Source: Dicyema japonicum (lineage: Eukaryota; Animalia; Dicyemida). Taken from it: a stretch of 64,000 nucleotides of DNA. The position numbers were made by a program, and so were the translations under genes. Below are positions 49,440-62,710 of this stretch, piece after piece. Position 1 is the first letter of the stretch; each line of letters begins with the position of its first letter. Below the pieces are notes generated by a model. The model was not told the DNA's origin. It worked only from the letters and a program-made list of their open reading frames with translations, and searched no databases. Location of the stretch: NCBI GenBank assembly GCA_011109175.1, contig RDEW01000070.1, forward strand, positions 62,001 through 126,000. The letters run 5' to 3'.

Positions 49440-51630
49440 AATATTATTTATTAACTATGGGTGAGAGCGGCTGCTGACATCACGGAGTAAGCGTTTCCGC
49501 GAATAACAGCGATACCAATTTTTTGCCTCAGCCAGACCGCTTCCCGCACGTCTTTCTTGCGGTGGGCCAATTTTCCCCCGATTTCCTTTAGGAAAGAGGC
49601 TGTAATACTTCCAGCCGCACCAGACGTCTCGATTGCTATCGGTACAAAACGGTAGCGGTCTCCAATTTCGCCATATTTTTTAATCTTGATTTTTCGGCCA
49701 GATCGGCTGCCGATCCAGCAGACTGCGCCGAGCTGAGCATCATCGAGTTCGAGAAAGAATCCACAACAGTGCAGTCCCATACGAGCGATTTTCCCTCAGT
49801 GAACGGAAAGACAGTTAACCCATCCGGTCTTTTCCCATCTCCGCGGTCCAATCCCACAGGTTCCAATACTGCCGGGAAGCCTGCCGCTTCAAGAGCTCGC
49901 AAGACAATGTTGTTCATAGCAGCATGGCGGGGTGCTCTGCCCGCACTCCTTTTGCACGAGAGCGGGTGCAGCCCTTTGGCATCGACGATCCCTCCACAGC
50001 GACATTGGTGTTCGACGCAAACATCAGCTCCCAGGCGTTGTGCGATTCCAATCCGAATACAGTCATCGTCCAATAGGGTCCCCAGGGAGGAAGACGGGAG
50101 TGCATCCAGCCACGCTCCGCTCCCATGGTTGGCGGCGGACACGAGGCATGCAAGACGATGCTGGTTGGCCTCAGACTTTAGCACGTCGAAGATATTCTTG
50201 GAGTAAATATCATCCCAGTCACGTTGCCTCGAAGGATCGTTCGGCATATCCAAACCAGTTTCACACCATTCGCAACGAGCTTCGTCGAAGACTTTTTCCC
50301 AAGAGAGTCCGGTTGTAATACGTAGGATTTCTTGGACCAAAAGGCTTCCACTTGAGAGCGATGACACATATGCTGGATAGGCGATCTCCAGCGCCGACCT
50401 GAGACCCGTTCCTCCGAGGCGTGTAGGAAGCTTGCATTGGTTCCAACTCGGCGCATCAAACTGGATGTTTAGAAGTAATTCAGCTGATTTTCTCAATGTC
50501 CTATCCAGTGACAGGAGGATGTCACGATGTTTGAAGCAGGGAGAACATCGGAGAGCATATAGGAGTTTGGGCAAGCCGATGCTATTCTTCAAAAGGAAAA
50601 CGCTGTATGACCATCGAGTAAGGAAAGTTTCTCCGTGACTCTGGAGAGTTCATCCTCTTTTGTTTGTAGATGGCTCCGCAGTTCCTTTTCGTCAAGTGGG
50701 CACCCAAGAAAGTATGTCCGCTCCCTGGGTACGACAGTAATTCCAGGTAATACCGAGTTGAAAGACTCGACCACGTTGATGAAATCACTCTCCGAGTATG
50801 TGATATTTATTAGCTCCGATTTCTTTATGTTTATCTCAAGTCCGAGGTTTCGTAGTGCTGGCACGGCATGTGACAGAACGTCGTGTACTTTTCTCCACGG
50901 CCCTCCAATTGTGGCGTCATCAAGATACCAAAGGTTAAGTTGTGTGTTTATAGAGCGGACAATTTCATCGATGGCCAGAGCGAAGAGTAGTGGACCAAGT
51001 GGGTCTCCTTGTTGAACTCCGGTCTCCGAACAGATAATCTTGTCCCCGAAAACCAGTGAAGAATTTGTTCCGTAAGCGAGGAAGACAAGTGGAATAAGTT
51101 CCGGGGCTCGTTTGCTTGTAGTTTCGAAAATTTGATCCCTCCTCAATGAATTGAAGGCATTGCAGATGTCCAGCTTGACCCCAATGTGTGGGTTTTGTTC
51201 GTCATTCTGTCCAAAAAAACACCTCGCAGCATGCACTGCCGCCTCGCATCCGTTCCTTACACCAACCCCCAGTTGGAGGGGGAAAATTCTTCAGATATTC
51301 TCGGAGAGACAATGCTGCATGCAATTTTCGCTGTCAATCTTCTGAAATAGTTGCCGACTGCGATGGGGCGGACCCCACCTTCAGGTTTTTTGAAGGCCAA
51401 TAAATGTGCACTGAAGAGGAGCTCCCTTGCTTGGGGAGGAATATCTCCGTTCAAAATACGCATAACCAGTTTTGTAATTGATTTGACGAGGTTGCAGCCA
51501 GCTTCTGCAGTAGCCTCCGCCGTAAGATCTTTGATGTGACCCGGCCGCAAGCCATCGATGCCTCCACTGCTACTCGCCGCAAAGGACGAAATGCCGCGTC
51601 GCACTTCGCCTTCGGTGACGGTCATCCTTG
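49440..51630 (-). mobile_element. 5'-truncated CRE-like element (subfamily 1): RT, CCHC and REL endonuclease, nearly intact
   Basis: KLDICNAFNS, GVQQGDPLGPLLF, WYLDDATIG, DGKRPDGLT and WLRQKIGIAVIRGN in four ORFs separated by apparent single-base shifts. Confidence 0.95.
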
Positions 51631-52934
51631 AAAAAATAAATATTTTATTTATTTTTGTTTAGAAATCTGGATTTTATGTGATTTTTAATTGTCGAGATTT
51701 TCTTATTGGTCTGTTTGGTTGTCAGTTTGATGGTGGTGTCTTCATTTATGAATCACTAGAAGATGGAAATTACCGATGGGCAATGCTCAATTCAATCTTA
51801 TTGCTAGTGGTCTTCTGAATTGTTGACTGGCGCAAAGATTGCGTGTATATTCGATTCGAACTTTACCGGAGTTCTGTTAGGCAATAAAAAACTGGGAGAA
51901 GTTTTTCTTTAAAGGTGGTTTTCCAAGAAGGTTGAAATTATTTGCATTCTTCTACCTCAAAAACTATCTCCACGGTCCAAAGCTCTTGTATAGTCTAAAA
52001 TGTTCGCCTGCCTTTGAGCACGTGACAGCTTCATGTTTATACATTGATGGATTTTGTTAAAAATATTTAAAAATCCAGTAAAACGAATCGGGTTGGGATC
52101 TGTGCAAACTCTCCACCGTCTGGGGTGATATGAGTCATTGGTCAGGAACATATATTGCTCAACCAGATTAATTGTTTTTGTCCAGTTACTTCATCTCTGA
52201 GAAATTCTCTTTCGACAAGACACTTTTTGATCTTCTTGTTTATCCCCAATACTGAAAGTCATATACATCAAGGGATGAAATTTTAAGAAAGGTTAAACCA
52301 GCTAATTAGGTGATCTCAGCATCAAATATCTCCAGATCTCTCTATGATTGTTCCGCCAGCGATACAACTGCTTCTCGGAAGTGTCTTCTGTTGTGTCTAG
52401 GGATGATATCGAGGTTAATTACCTACTTCCAATGACCCCATAGGTTTCTCAGACTATCGCTTCAAAAATGGCCTGTCTACTGAGTTTTCGTATTTTGACC
52501 TTTACAAGGCCAATTCTCGGTGAATAGCTGTTAGTTCAAGGTTTGAGGGAGATGAGCCATCCACAAAAGTAACGTCCCAAGCGAGGCATTTCTAACCCTT
52601 CTACTGTAAAAGAGTCGTCCCATATGGGATTTTGTTCGTAGAATCAATCTCGGTGACTCCAGCTGTACATGATACTCAACGACCTCAAGTACTCCTGGAA
52701 TTACTTCATTTATTGCGGTGTGACTCGGGCTCCAGTAAGTGAATGAAATCCTTTAACGTCAACCATCTTCCCGTATCTACACCGATGACTCAAAAGTGTT
52801 CCGACCAATGCACAAGGAAGAATCCTGAACCACATGCCTCTCACACTTGTAGATGTGAAGGTTAGGCATGTTGATCTTATTTAGACGAACTTTTAAAAAC
52901 AATTAAAAATATTTTATTTTAATAAAAATTTAGC

Positions 52935-53171
52935 AATCGAGACGTTCGGTGCGGCCGGAAGTATTACAGCCTCTATCCTAAAGGAAATCGGAGGGAAATT
53001 GGCCCACCGCAAGAAAGACGTGCGGGAAACGGTCTGGCTGAGGTATCGAATTGGTATCGCAGTTGTCCGCGGAAACGCTTACTCCGTGATGCCACCAGCT
53101 GCTCTTTCCCATAGTTAATAAATAATATTTTGTTGTTAATAAATTTTTCACATTAAAAAAAAAAAAAAAAA
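52935..53171 (+). mobile_element. CRE-like subfamily 1 3' fragment with poly(A) tail
   Basis: Matches 49440-49630; A-run at ~53155-53171. Confidence 0.9.
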
Positions 53172-53849
53172 TAAAAATTTTATTAAAAAAACAATTTTAA
53201 ATTAAGAAGACTCTCTAATCAGATTCCACGTGCAGATAATTTATGTGAACAGATATATTCAGAAAGTCAATATATGAATGATCTTGTGCTTCCAGTTGCT
53301 AAAACCTTGAATGAAATATCAATTTGTAAGCAATTTATGACGATTTATTATAAGGATTAAAGACATGAGGAAGTGATATACTAACAATATTGGAAACATT
53401 ATGTTCTGGTCTCCTAGTTAGACGAGGTCGAGAATTCACATTTATAAAATGAGGCAAAATGAAATTTTTTTGAGATCAAGTCAAAAAATATTAATTAATC
53501 GTTAATTTCTGTTAACCAATTGAAAACAGATAAATCGTTGCGGTCTTCAGAACCGACTTTAGGCATAAGGCAGTTTTCCGCAAGTGGGCCCATAATGAGA
53601 TAGAAATAACACTAATAATTTAAATCCGGGTTGAAGACAACAAAGGACCGGTCCTCAAGATAGAAAAGGTCTTCATTTTTATTTCTTAAATATTTTTGGA
53701 ATGAGATTTTGGGGATCAATTCGAAGTTGTGGATCGCATGTCTCCAAGTCATAAGATAAAATACGTAACATACTGGCGCTCAGATGAGCTTGAACCAATT
53801 TTCTGAACCCTGACTTTTTACATCTCTTCAGCATTCCCAGTGTTTTTAC

Positions 53850-54110
53850 CAGCCTTGGAGCATCATGAATTTGTGTCGTACGTTTACGGAATCATTCCCC
53901 AGACGCTGTGAAGTATTCTTCCATGATTGTTGGGAGCATTTCTACAACGTGGGCAAACTGATTGCAATGCGCCTATGTGACTAACTTACTTATGGTTCTG
54001 TGGAATATCTCTCATATAACGCTTCCTTCTTCACCCTCATTGGCCATTTCAGTACTAAGAGGGACCGAAGTCAAGCCCCTCCTCTTAGAGCTTTGAGATT
54101 CCCCATGCGC
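53850..54110 (-). mobile_element. Decayed RTE 3' fragment
   Basis: SLLVLKWPMRVKKEALYER..MEEYF, like 6564-7017. Confidence 0.6.
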
Positions 54111-54789
54111 CCGAATTATTAGATGAGTTAATATAAAGTAAACACTGCAATTTCATGAGGGAAGTAATATAAACGGTAGGGCTTGCCTACCGACTTGTAT
54201 CACGAATCTAAACAAAGGGTCATCTCTGAAGATGTCTCAGATACTTTAGTGCGGTTTTTGAAACGTCGTATAAGATTTTCGAGAGTTTCGCCAACCTTGC
54301 ACATTTTTCCTTGCAACCATAGAGGAATTGGCATACGAGGACTTATCCCGTACAAGCTTTAGAGCAAAATTACTCGTTTTCTCAAATTTCTTTAAGACTT
54401 CTTTTTTTGAGTCACACCATATTTTTAAACCAATAATTTTGCAAGAAGTATTTCGGAGTTGTAGACATAAACAAAGGTCTCCAACTCGAGCTTTAATTTT
54501 TTAACTCAGAACAGAGCGTTCGTGCTTTTTTTCTTTAGCATTATTTTCCATAAAACTACCTCCAACGTCAATTAGGAGTGACGGTGATCAGAAATAACGC
54601 CTATGCAATCCTGGCCTCTTAAATAAAAGACTTTTGTTTTCCTTTTTTTACAAAATAATAATTAAAAAAATATATAACAGTAATTATGAGTAGCTATTAA
54701 ATTTTTAATGTTAATTATGTCAAACATTAAAAATATATTTATTGTACTTTACAGTCGTCACAGGTTAATTTTTAAATTATTCTTCATTA

Positions 54790-55210
54790 ACAGCATGAAA
54801 TCAGTAATCAAGATCAAGTGGCCTAAGAAGATCTCAAACAATGACCTCTACTCGAAGTGCAAATCTGGTATACTATCCGAGGAGATCTTCAGATCAAGAT
54901 GGAGTCTCTTTGGACATATCTTACGTCTAAATGCTCAAGTACCCGCGAATATCGCCATGGAAAACTACCTAATGCATACGGGAGCCGGTTTCCGTGGAAG
55001 ACCAAGAGTCACACTCCCAACTATTTTGAATGGAGACCTGTCGGCTGTGGGACTGAAGCTCACTTCCGCAGACGACCTAGATACCTTAAGGGAACTGGCA
55101 CGAAGTAGAGGGTCCTGGAAAAGGCTGATAGAGAGGATGGCTAGAAATACGGCACAAGGGAGGCTTGATTAATTTTATGACTTCTCGGGAGTGCTTTAAA
55201 TAAATAATAA
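54790..55210 (+). mobile_element. RTE 3' fragment
   Basis: IKWPKKISNNDLY..RWSLFGHILRL..RGRPRVTLP; AT-rich tail. Confidence 0.88.
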
Positions 55211-56029
55211 TACATTAACAGCATGCATTTATTACTACAATACGACCCTGGATTAGGATAGACGCCAGTTCACGCATTTTATGAGTTTTTTTAATCAGCA
55301 TTTTGGCTGAGTAAAATGAAAACGAAAATTTTGGGGTACCGTAAATTGTGCGGCATCAATTTCTAATCTACATTTCGCGCCTAACCACCTTGTTTCATTG
55401 CAGTCGTTTATGTCGATCGCCACGATAAATGCAAGTGGGTCACTGAAGTTGTCTAATATTATAATGCCAGGATACATCCTGTTGAACTGGCGATTCGGTT
55501 TAACTGTGGCGATAGTAGAGGATCGGGTGAAAAGAAGTACCAAGTCTATGACTCTCTTTCTAAGAAGAGAAAGGTTTTTGAGGAAATATAGAATTAGTTA
55601 AAATTCTACGACGCTCACTGAATTTGTGTACGACAAAAGACCATCCTACCAATGGTCTTGGACAAGGACCTCAAACAGATTGAGAAGCAAATCAGAGATG
55701 AAGAGGATTTAGATAGACCACTGAAGATTGCTTGTGGCCAGGAACATAAACGGTTTCTCGGTTGCACATGATTTGCCATGACCACAACATTAGTGATAAT
55801 ATTGAGTGGCTTGAAGCACATGATGCTCATATATTGAATTTTTATTTCTGCCAAAAAATACAACTCCCTACATGTAACCGTTAGATATGGGGATATTCGA
55901 GACCTTCAAAGATTATTATTCCAATTCCAAATCCTTAGTCAAATTCAGAATATTGAAAATTAATTTAAACAGTATATTTTAAATAAAATAATTAATTATA
56001 ACAAAATGAAATAAATAAATAAAAAATAA

Positions 56030-56415
56030 TCTCAGTCGACATAATCGACGTTGCGTCTTCTCTAACGATTGCAACGTAGTTCAACTGGAGAAGCCACTGG
56101 GTCTCACGTGTGTCGTGGATTTTGAGTGTAACCAGACGTACCAGCTTCTTGCAGAATCCAAGGGATTTCCCACTTATTCCTCCAGTGGTCTTAGCTACAA
56201 TGGGACAGAACGTGAATCTGTCTAACAGCACTTCGTATTTTTTCCTTGACCTTATTAGCTATCCCGATCCCAACAATGTTGAATGGACAAAGGGCATTGA
56301 TGAACGCAGAATATCAATAAGTTACAGAAAGATTGTAATTCCGACAGGCCGTTTTCCTTCTCCTCTGTCAAGGCAGACCGGTTCCAATATGGAAGGTAAA
56401 AATAGTTCATTTTAA
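56030..56415 (-). mobile_element. Decayed CRE-like REL endonuclease fragment
   Basis: LEPVCLDRGEGKRPVGIT..KKYEVLLDRFTFCPIVAKTTG..QWLLQ. Confidence 0.75.
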
Positions 56416-57129
56416 AACTAATACTTTGTCAGGTAATCATGATTATTTAAGAAATCTAAAAATACGTATTTTTTCTGGCAGTTGATTCGTATTTTTCGTT
56501 ATTAAAAGTGAAACACAAAATAAAGTTTAAAGACCGCAGTCCTAACTGAGTGACTATTTCCTTCAGAATTGCACGGAAATCCATTTTTTTATTACTAGCA
56601 ATATAGTCACTTTAATTATCACCCAATACAAGTGATTTCTGATAGATAATCTTCCAAGTTCTTTCTCTCTCATCACAGGAGAGATTTAACTGAAGAAATA
56701 ATATAAAAAATACAGTCGACACTCGCAAATTGGCCATTTTTGGTTTTTCAATTTTGTGGCCAATTTGAAAAAAATCAATAAATTTAAAAAACAGTGAACA
56801 AAGAATTTTTTAGAAAATGCCTTAAATTAAAAAACGAATTTATGTTTTATTAAAATAAAATTTAATTCCTAAATGTTTTTCTTTGCTTCGATAATTCCTG
56901 CTTTGTACTTTCTCATTAAAGAAATTAGAGAAACTTCATGTTCATTCTCAACATTGGTTAAGAGTTCCCTCCATTGCAGCTAATCTAACTAAAATATATT
57001 TTTTGTCTACGTGTCTTATTTTTTCCGATTCTTGTTCACTATTTTCTGAATATTCTGAATAATTTTCAATTCCATTAAATGCTGCCTTGGTAGGCATTAT
57101 TCAGAAAACTACCTAGAAAATTGATTTTT

Positions 57130-57790
57130 CGAAAAAACGTGACTGGGATGATATTTACTCCAAGAATATCTTCGACGTGCTAAAGTCTGAGGCCAACCAG
57201 TATCGTCTTGTATGCCTCGTGTCCGCCGTCAACCATGGGAGCGAAGCGTGGCTGGATACACTCCCGTGTTTTTCCCTGGGGACTTTTTTGGACGATGACT
57301 GTATTCGGATTGGGATCGCACAGGGCCTGGGAGTTGATGTATGCGTCGAACGTCAATGTCGTTGTGGAGGATCGTCGATGCCAAAGGGCAGCATCCGCTT
57401 TCGTTCAAAAGAAGTGCAGGCAGAGCACCCCGCAACGCTGCTATGAACACTATCGTCATGCGTGCTCTTGAAGCTGCAGGATTCCCGGCAGTGCTAGAGT
57501 CCGTGGGATTGAACCTGCGGAGACGGGAAAAGACAGGATGGATTAACAATCTTTCAGTTCACTGAGGGAAAATCGCTCGTATGGGACTGCACTGTTGTGA
57601 ATTCTTTCTCGAACTCGATGATGCTCAACTCGGCTGGATCGGCAGCAGATCTGGCCGAGAAAATGGCCCATCGTAAGAAAGACGTGGTAAGGTCTGGCTG
57701 AGGCAACGAATTGGGATTGCAGTTGTCCTCGGAAACGCTTACTCCGTAATGTCAGCAGCCGCTCTTTCCCGTTATTGTTAATAAATAAAT
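57130..57790 (+). mobile_element. CRE-like subfamily 1 3' fragment with internal deletion
   Basis: Collinear with 49440-50225 (reverse complement). Confidence 0.9.
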
Positions 57791-59018
57791 TTTATTTTTA
57801 AATAAAACGAGTTATTCTAAAAAATAATATTAATCTAATTAAGGTAATAAATTATCTAATGTCAAATCTGCGTGATTCAAACGGATGCTGATTATCTCAT
57901 CGAATAGTAATAAACGCCATATAATGAATTATTGAATGTTAATAGCGCACTAAGGTCTTCTGTGTTCAAACAATGAAAGGAACCGTATCATGTCTAAATT
58001 CGAGAGAAATATCTACATTTTTGGTAGAAGTGTTATAACCAATTATCAAAGGATTGGGATATTTGCTCCCACTTCGACTATGAAGAAATCGTGAGAAAAT
58101 AGGAGTGGACAACTAAGAGACCTATTAAGTTTACTAACGTAGCGTATTTTAATTAGTTATTTAATTAAAATTTATTTTTTAATTTTTTTATAAATTTAAA
58201 TTGACAAATAAAAGTTAAAGTTTTTGAGCAAAAATTATGTTTGAATGAGAAATAAACCAGCAACGTCTTGTATGTCTCGTAATCGTATTTTTCATTAAAA
58301 AAAGTAATTTTTAAGAAAATTAAAATTATACGGCCGATTAAGTTTTCAAAAAAATCAATTTTTTTTAAATTTAGTAAAGTTTGCTAATTAACATTTTTTG
58401 AAAAATTAGCAATTTTTGTACAGAAAAAATCACTAAAAGGAACTGTTACCTCAACACTTTAAGCACCTAAGGAAATTTACTGTTATCCCCATTTTTTAAA
58501 TATTCACAAATTATTAAGTCCTCCAATTTTAATGAATCCTAATTGGTTGCTAAATTAACTACTACGTACGCTAACTGCCTAACTTGAATAATCAATGACA
58601 AGTAACTTTTCCGTAAACTATTATCCAAACCATGGAAATCACTCCCCTCTTCTTAGAGAATTGAAAGTTCTTAGAATACTGCAAACTTATTGTATGTGTC
58701 CTCATTCGAGTAATCCCCCCTTCTCTGATAAAATAGTCATTTTCTAAATTTATCAAATGCACAATCAGGTTGTACTTATATCTGACGGTCAATACATACA
58801 ATCATGATATTCGAATTTTATTAGTGCTGCTCGTATACAGAGACTTGTAGACTAGTTTTTATCAAATCGTACATTATAAGGGCATAGCAGACATATTAAT
58901 GTGTATGTGCTTTTAATGTCTTTTTAATTGAATTTTCAACAGCCATTAAGTCGCAGTGCGGGCCAAGCATCAATCACGTATGATTTATATATATTTTTGA
59001 CGGACAAAAATCATTTCA

Positions 59019-59976
59019 ATGTCAGTTGTTCCATTATTTGATGGAGATGAACAAATGACGGGCGATCGCGTATTGAGGCACAATTTAGTCAAAAATGCCA
59101 TTTTAAAGTTTACATAAATCTGTATTTTAGTCATCCCTTTTTTCCGCTACTTTTTTCGATTTTTCAAACCTGCGAGCTGGCTTTCAAATCTTCACTGCCA
59201 AACTCCGATGTGTGTTCAGTCAAATTATTGGACAATGAAATAAAAAACTACTTGCTAAAAGTACACCCCTTTATTTATGGCAGTTTAAAAACAACAATTA
59301 TCACAAATCAAACTTCCAAGTCGATATCCTGGTATGTTCCATTAGTCTGACATTTATCAATACTGTTGTTATCATTAATAGATAATCCAAGCATTGGACG
59401 TGCTAAGATGCCATTTGTTCGAATTACAAGAAGTTTAGTTGATTTTAAAAAAGCAGATCACAACCAAGGCACAGATCTTCTCCAAAAAATTTATCGAAGA
59501 AATCAATTATATAATGACTGAGCATTTCAGAGAACCAGATATGACCGTCCAGTCTGGGTTTAACCAATATCCTTCGCCAAAATTTGCCTGTGAATCCCAA
59601 AACCAGTCAAAGTCAAAGAAACGAGGAATATTTCCTAAAGAAGCCGTCGATAAACTCCGAGGATGGCTTTACCATCACATTGAGGTACCAGGTTGAATTT
59701 CTTGATAGCACGCATACCCAACCGAAGACCAGAAACGACACTTATCTATGGAAACTGGACTTTCAATCCTCCAAGTCAATAATTGGTTTAAATTTATTTT
59801 ATTTTAGGTTCATAAACGCCAGACGAAGATATCTCCCACAAATTTTGCAACAACACCACAAACAACCCCAATACTATTCACCCGAGACTACTATACTTAC
59901 CCCTACATGTATTATCCTAACCAATATAATAACTAATACTTTATTAAATAAATTTTACATAACTTTTTTTGACTAG
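59019..59976 (+). CDS. MEIS: MEIS-class TALE homeobox protein (MEINOX domain plus divergent homeodomain)
   Basis: [33 protein letters not shown]; [23 protein letters not shown]|[26 protein letters not shown]|FINARRR; introns of 21-24 nt plus one of ~50 nt. Confidence 0.88.
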
Positions 59977-59984
59977 CCATTTTT

Positions 59985-60830
59985 TAATCTCACTTTATTT
60001 AACCAACAATAAAAAGTTAATATTTAATAATCAACAACCTTCTGTTCGGCAGCCTCCTTAGGCAAGTTCGATTCTGGTTGCTGAAACAACTCGAGAGCTC
60101 CTTGTCCAATTGCCTTTTATACTCCAGTGTCAGGCTCTCTAAGGTCTGCTTTAGTACAGTGGACTGTAGATAGGCCTGAAGCTTCCTATCTACCCCCAAC
60201 TATTTCAGATAACCCTTGTGGTACTTTGTTGCAATTCCTTACTATTGGAATTGGAATAACGAGGACCTAGCAACCAAGCATCTGCCCCATCTCGTTTGCA
60301 AGAATGTCATACTTCCTCTTTTTCTCCACCTCGTTTGCAAGCAGATCTTGAGACATAATGCCAACCTCTATGATAAGGACTTGGCCAGACTCCTTATCGT
60401 GTACCACAATATCCGGTTTATTCTGCTTGACTAGCACCGAGGTACGGATAACACTGTCTACCTTAATTTGAACCCTGGTGTTCTCTACTACAGATTGCAC
60501 CTTATGAGTCCGAATACCATACTTATTGCATAGTAGAAGATGAAGACTCCTTACTACCTCGTTATGCTTCCACACATACTCGTGTAGAGCATCGATCCGC
60601 ACCAAGTGGCTAAATGATCAACCGACATGCTCCTTGACTTACAATGGGGACATGTATTTGTTGATCGACCCCAAAAAATATTGCGGTTTTGCATATACGT
60701 GTACAGCGCTCCAATCGAGTGAGTTGTCACCGTATTTTAGCCATATTGTCGACGACTTAAGGTCGACATGCGGGTTGTCCAATGCTCTGAAGAGGACCTT
60801 ATGAAGGCTTTTTGACAAGCCTTATTATTA
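59985..60830 (-). mobile_element. R4/Dong-like retroelement 3' part (CCHC and REL endonuclease)
   Basis: NRNIFWG..CPHC..VDHLATWC..HNEVVRSLHLLL..NKPDIVVHDK..IEVG..EKKRKYDILANEMG. Confidence 0.85.
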
Positions 60831-60959
60831 ATAAATTAAAATTAAATTATTAATTAAAAAAATTAAATTTCAAACCACAAATGGTAGAAATCCGTATGTA
60901 TTAAATAGAAGGGATTTTAGCATTACTTGGCTTTTTTTTATTTAATTTTAATTATCACT

Positions 60960-62030
60960 AATTAACGTCCGCTTCGACGAACTTGGTTGGAAACAATGCA
61001 AGCTTCCCTCTGGATTTGGGGGTGTCAGAATGAGATCGGCGCTGGAGGTTGCGTACCCGGCATACCTATCGTCTCTCTCAAGCTGCAGCCATTTGACACG
61101 GCAAGTCCTTCATAACACAATTGGACTTTGCTGGAATGAGTCATTTGACGAAGCTTGTCGGAAATGGAACGGGTCCGGACTCAAAATCCCAGAAGACACA
61201 ACGAAGCAAAGAAATTGGGATGACATTGTCTGCTCCAAAATTTTGGAAGACCTTAAAAAAGAAGCAAATCAACATCGTCTGGCTTGTTTGGTGTCAGCTT
61301 CAAGTCGAGGGAGTGGAGCATGGCTTGGTGCAATACCTTGCCCAAACTTAGGGACTCTTTTGGACGACGATTATTTGAGGATTGGAATCGGACAAAGGCT
61401 GGGACTAGACGTTTGCCAGGAGCACCGATGCCAAAGCGGGAAAATAGTCGATGCGAAGGGATTGCACCCGCTTTCATGCAGAAGAAACGTCGGAAGGGAC
61501 CACGTCATGCCGCTCTGAACGATGTGATCGTGAGAGCTCTGAAGGTTACAGGCTTCCCATCACAACTTGAACCAATGGGTCTTGATCAAGGAGATGGGAA
61601 GAGACCTGACGGGATGACCCTTTTCCCCTTCACGTCTGGAAGATCTTTGGTCTGGGACGCAACTTGCATAGACACGTTCTCAAGCACGAACATTTTTAAA
61701 TTTGTTCAGACACCTGGAGCAGCTGCTTCGACCGCGGAAAACCTAAAAATCAAGAAATATTCTTGCCTCGGAGATCGCTACCGATTTACTCCTGTTGCGA
61801 CCGAATCATCGGGAGCCGTTGGTCCAATGACGGCTGAATTCTTGCAAGAACTCGGAGAATTGCTTGCCAGAAAGAAAAGGGATCAACGAGAAGGGTTATG
61901 GCTAAGACAAAAGATTGGAATAGCCATACTCCGAGGGAACTCGTTCGCAATCCACGCAGCAGGCTTCCTCAACTGACATTTGTTTAATTGTTAAAAAAAT
62001 TTTTGTTAAAAAAAAAAATTTTTAATTATT
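60960..62030 (+). mobile_element. CRE-like subfamily 2 copy, 5'-truncated
   Basis: Highly similar to 35304-36290; short AT/A-rich tail after the stop at 61976. Confidence 0.92.
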
Positions 62031-62479
62031 AAGGTTAGGACTTTTACTGTAGTAATTGGTCCTAGGTTTGATTCTCTTCGTTGCTACTTGAACGAAGGTC
62101 TCTATTTTCTCTGTTCCTTATCTCCCATCGTTTTATTAAAGTGGCTTTATGTAACGCCCAGTGGCGGATAACACGAAAAAAGAATCATTTGCTGTCTCCT
62201 ACTTTATTAGAGGAGTTCCCGCAACTTAAAGATTGGATGTGTTCTGCTCTATTCGTTGGTACTGAATGAACTTGTATATGCTATTGGAAGGACTCTCTAA
62301 TTCTGCGACCGGGAGAACAGAACACATCTAATCGGCTTTCAACTATCAACTTTCTCAATGAACCCGGAGCAGTTAGCTTAGTGATTGATTGGTCAAGTTG
62401 ATAGTGTATCTCTGGTGCACAGTGGCATAGCTCTAGTAGACTTAAGTCTTCATCCCCTCAAAGTGGATATAATCCATCA

Positions 62480-62710
62480 TCTTCTTTTTAATAAAGAGAC
62501 ATCAGATACGACAATTTTCGGATGTTAAGAAACATCTGATGTACTAATGTCTGTCTGGGTTAGATTCCAAGTCGCCCAAATTGGAGGACCGTGATCTGTT
62601 TTTAAGGTTCATAAAGATTCACGTGAGACTAGATGGCTTTGAGAGCGTATCTCGATAGCTATCGTCAGAGCAAATAGCATGACCATTCAAGCTCTTTTTT
62701 AACTCCTAAT
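62480..62710 (+). mobile_element. Decayed CRE-like REL C-terminus
   Basis: RERISIAIVRANSMTIQ-like translation near 62640-62695. Confidence 0.55.

Noticed and set aside
49769-51539. Plus-strand ORFs at 49769, 49932, 50635 and 51351, and similar antisense ORFs at 4658, 5247, 35587 and 61253
   Set aside because: They are shadow frames of retroelement coding sequence on the opposite strand.
51630-51700. Spliceosomal intron inside the CRE-like ORF
   Set aside because: An AG precedes the ORF, but upstream sequence shows no CRE homology. It is a 5' truncation beside an AT island.
51700-52900. Minus-strand gene or endogenous viral relic
   Set aside because: Many stops in all frames and no recognisable motif; it cannot be supported.
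59985-60830. Whole window being microsporidian DNA
   Set aside because: Intron-rich MEIS, EEF2K and ATG16L1 genes are not compatible with microsporidia.
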